Source: Pseudomonadota bacterium
Lineage (GTDB): Bacteria; Bdellovibrionota_G; JALEGL01; DATDPG01
Reading direction: 5' to 3'
Assembly (NCBI GenBank): GCA_043809315.1
Contig: JAZDDX010000036.1
Coordinates: forward strand, 1 to 38,908
Length of the DNA stretch: 38,908 nucleotides
The first letter of the stretch is position 1, and the number at the start of each line of letters is the position of its first letter. This document shows positions 38,192-38,908 of the stretch, piece by piece. A program made the position numbers and the translations under genes. The notes below the pieces were generated by a model, which saw only the letters and a program-made list of their open reading frames with translations, ran no database searches and was not told the DNA's origin.

Positions 38192-38322
38192 CTCTGAGCC
38201 TGGTTTTCTCACGGCGTCAAAGGTCTATGAAATTTTTTCCGAAAACGGTTGTCACTATGAACCTCTTGCATAGCTGGAAGGTGGCGGAAGATCGTAACCC
38301 GGTGAAATCACAGGAATGTCGA

Positions 38323-38339
38323 TAGGCACCGTTCTTGCT
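38323..38339 (+). promoter_or_regulatory. Putative sigma-54 promoter
   Basis: TAGGCACCGTTCTTGCT (GG-N10-GC), 23 nt between the GC and ATG 38362. Confidence 0.7.
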
Positions 38340-38361
38340 CCTCTTTCTAATGAGGAGAAGA

Positions 38362-38908
38362 ATGAGGCGAGCGCTATTACTGTTTCTGGGTGTCCTGGCA
38401 CTTCTGACGGCGTGCGGGAAGCAGGAAGCATCTCGTTCGTCTGACAACATTTTCGTCTCCCCCAGCAGCACACCGACGTCGACCCCCAATCCGTTGGCCA
38501 CCGCCACGTCGACGCCGATCCCTGGCTCGACTGCAACGGCAACTCCCACCCCACGCCCAAACTCGATTATCACCGCGACCCCCACTCCGACACCAACGCG
38601 CACTCCGACGGTGCCTCCGACATCAACGCGCACCCCGACGGTGACTCCGACGCCGACCTCCACCCCGACCGGCGGAAACGTCGACCTTTGGATGGTCTTT
38701 CAGGGAAACCGAGTGGCGGGATGGAGCGACGCCTCTTGGAACGGTTCGGTCACGGAAGGACAGAGTTATCAAGGGTATCCGGGACTGCGGTTCGTCTCGG
38801 CCCAAGCCTGGTCGGCGCTCTCGGTTCGATATGGCCAAGAGATCGATCCGAACGCGTACCCATCGTTGGTGTTCGACATCAACGGTGGGAGCAGCGCGGA
38901 GATGATCC
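38362..38908 (+). CDS. PT-repeat lipoprotein, 3'-truncated by the window edge (absent from ORF track)
   Basis: RBS GAGGAG; MRRALLLFLGVLALLTAC lipobox; TPT stalk about 38461-38670; then a Trp-rich domain (GWSDASW...AWSALS...LVFDINGG) reminiscent of carbohydrate-binding modules. Confidence 0.85.
   Translation, partial: MRRALLLFLGVLALLTACGKQEASRSSDNIFVSPSSTPTSTPNPLATATSTPIPGSTATATPTPRPNSIITATPTPTPTRTPTVPPTSTRTPTVTPTPTSTPTGGNVDLWMVFQGNRVAGWSDASWNGSVTEGQSYQGYPGLRFVSAQAWSALSVRYGQEIDPNAYPSLVFDINGGSSAEMI

Overview
A GC-rich Gram-negative bacterial chromosomal segment. The TamB-Omp85 pair, MYXO-CTERM-like tails, sigma-54 promoters and pilin style suggest a Myxococcota/Bdellovibrionota-like deltaproteobacterium (inference only). 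Housekeeping genes: tRNA-Gly(CCC), PTPS plus an SDR, tamB plus an Omp85 protein, HAD phosphatase, folA-thyA, groES-groEL, acyl-CoA dehydrogenase, an amidohydrolase, gnd, an FAD oxidoreductase and an HI0933 flavoprotein. These are interspersed with many orphan lipoproteins, four with Pro/Thr-rich stalks. I saw no integrase, transposase, phage gene or CRISPR array. Best leads: (1) an uncharacterised P-loop kinase-like gene coupled to a DMT-like membrane protein; (2) a family of PT-stalk lipoproteins, two also carrying a C-terminal Cys/TM/Arg sorting tail and two sharing a TAGGCAC-N5-TTGCT sigma-54 promoter; (3) a PTPS-II-type (CX5HGH) synthase coupled to an SDR, possibly making biopterin; (4) a type IV pilin with no canonical start codon, followed by a lipocalin-like remnant; (5) several apparently leaderless genes. 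All function calls come from motif recognition by eye, with no database searches.
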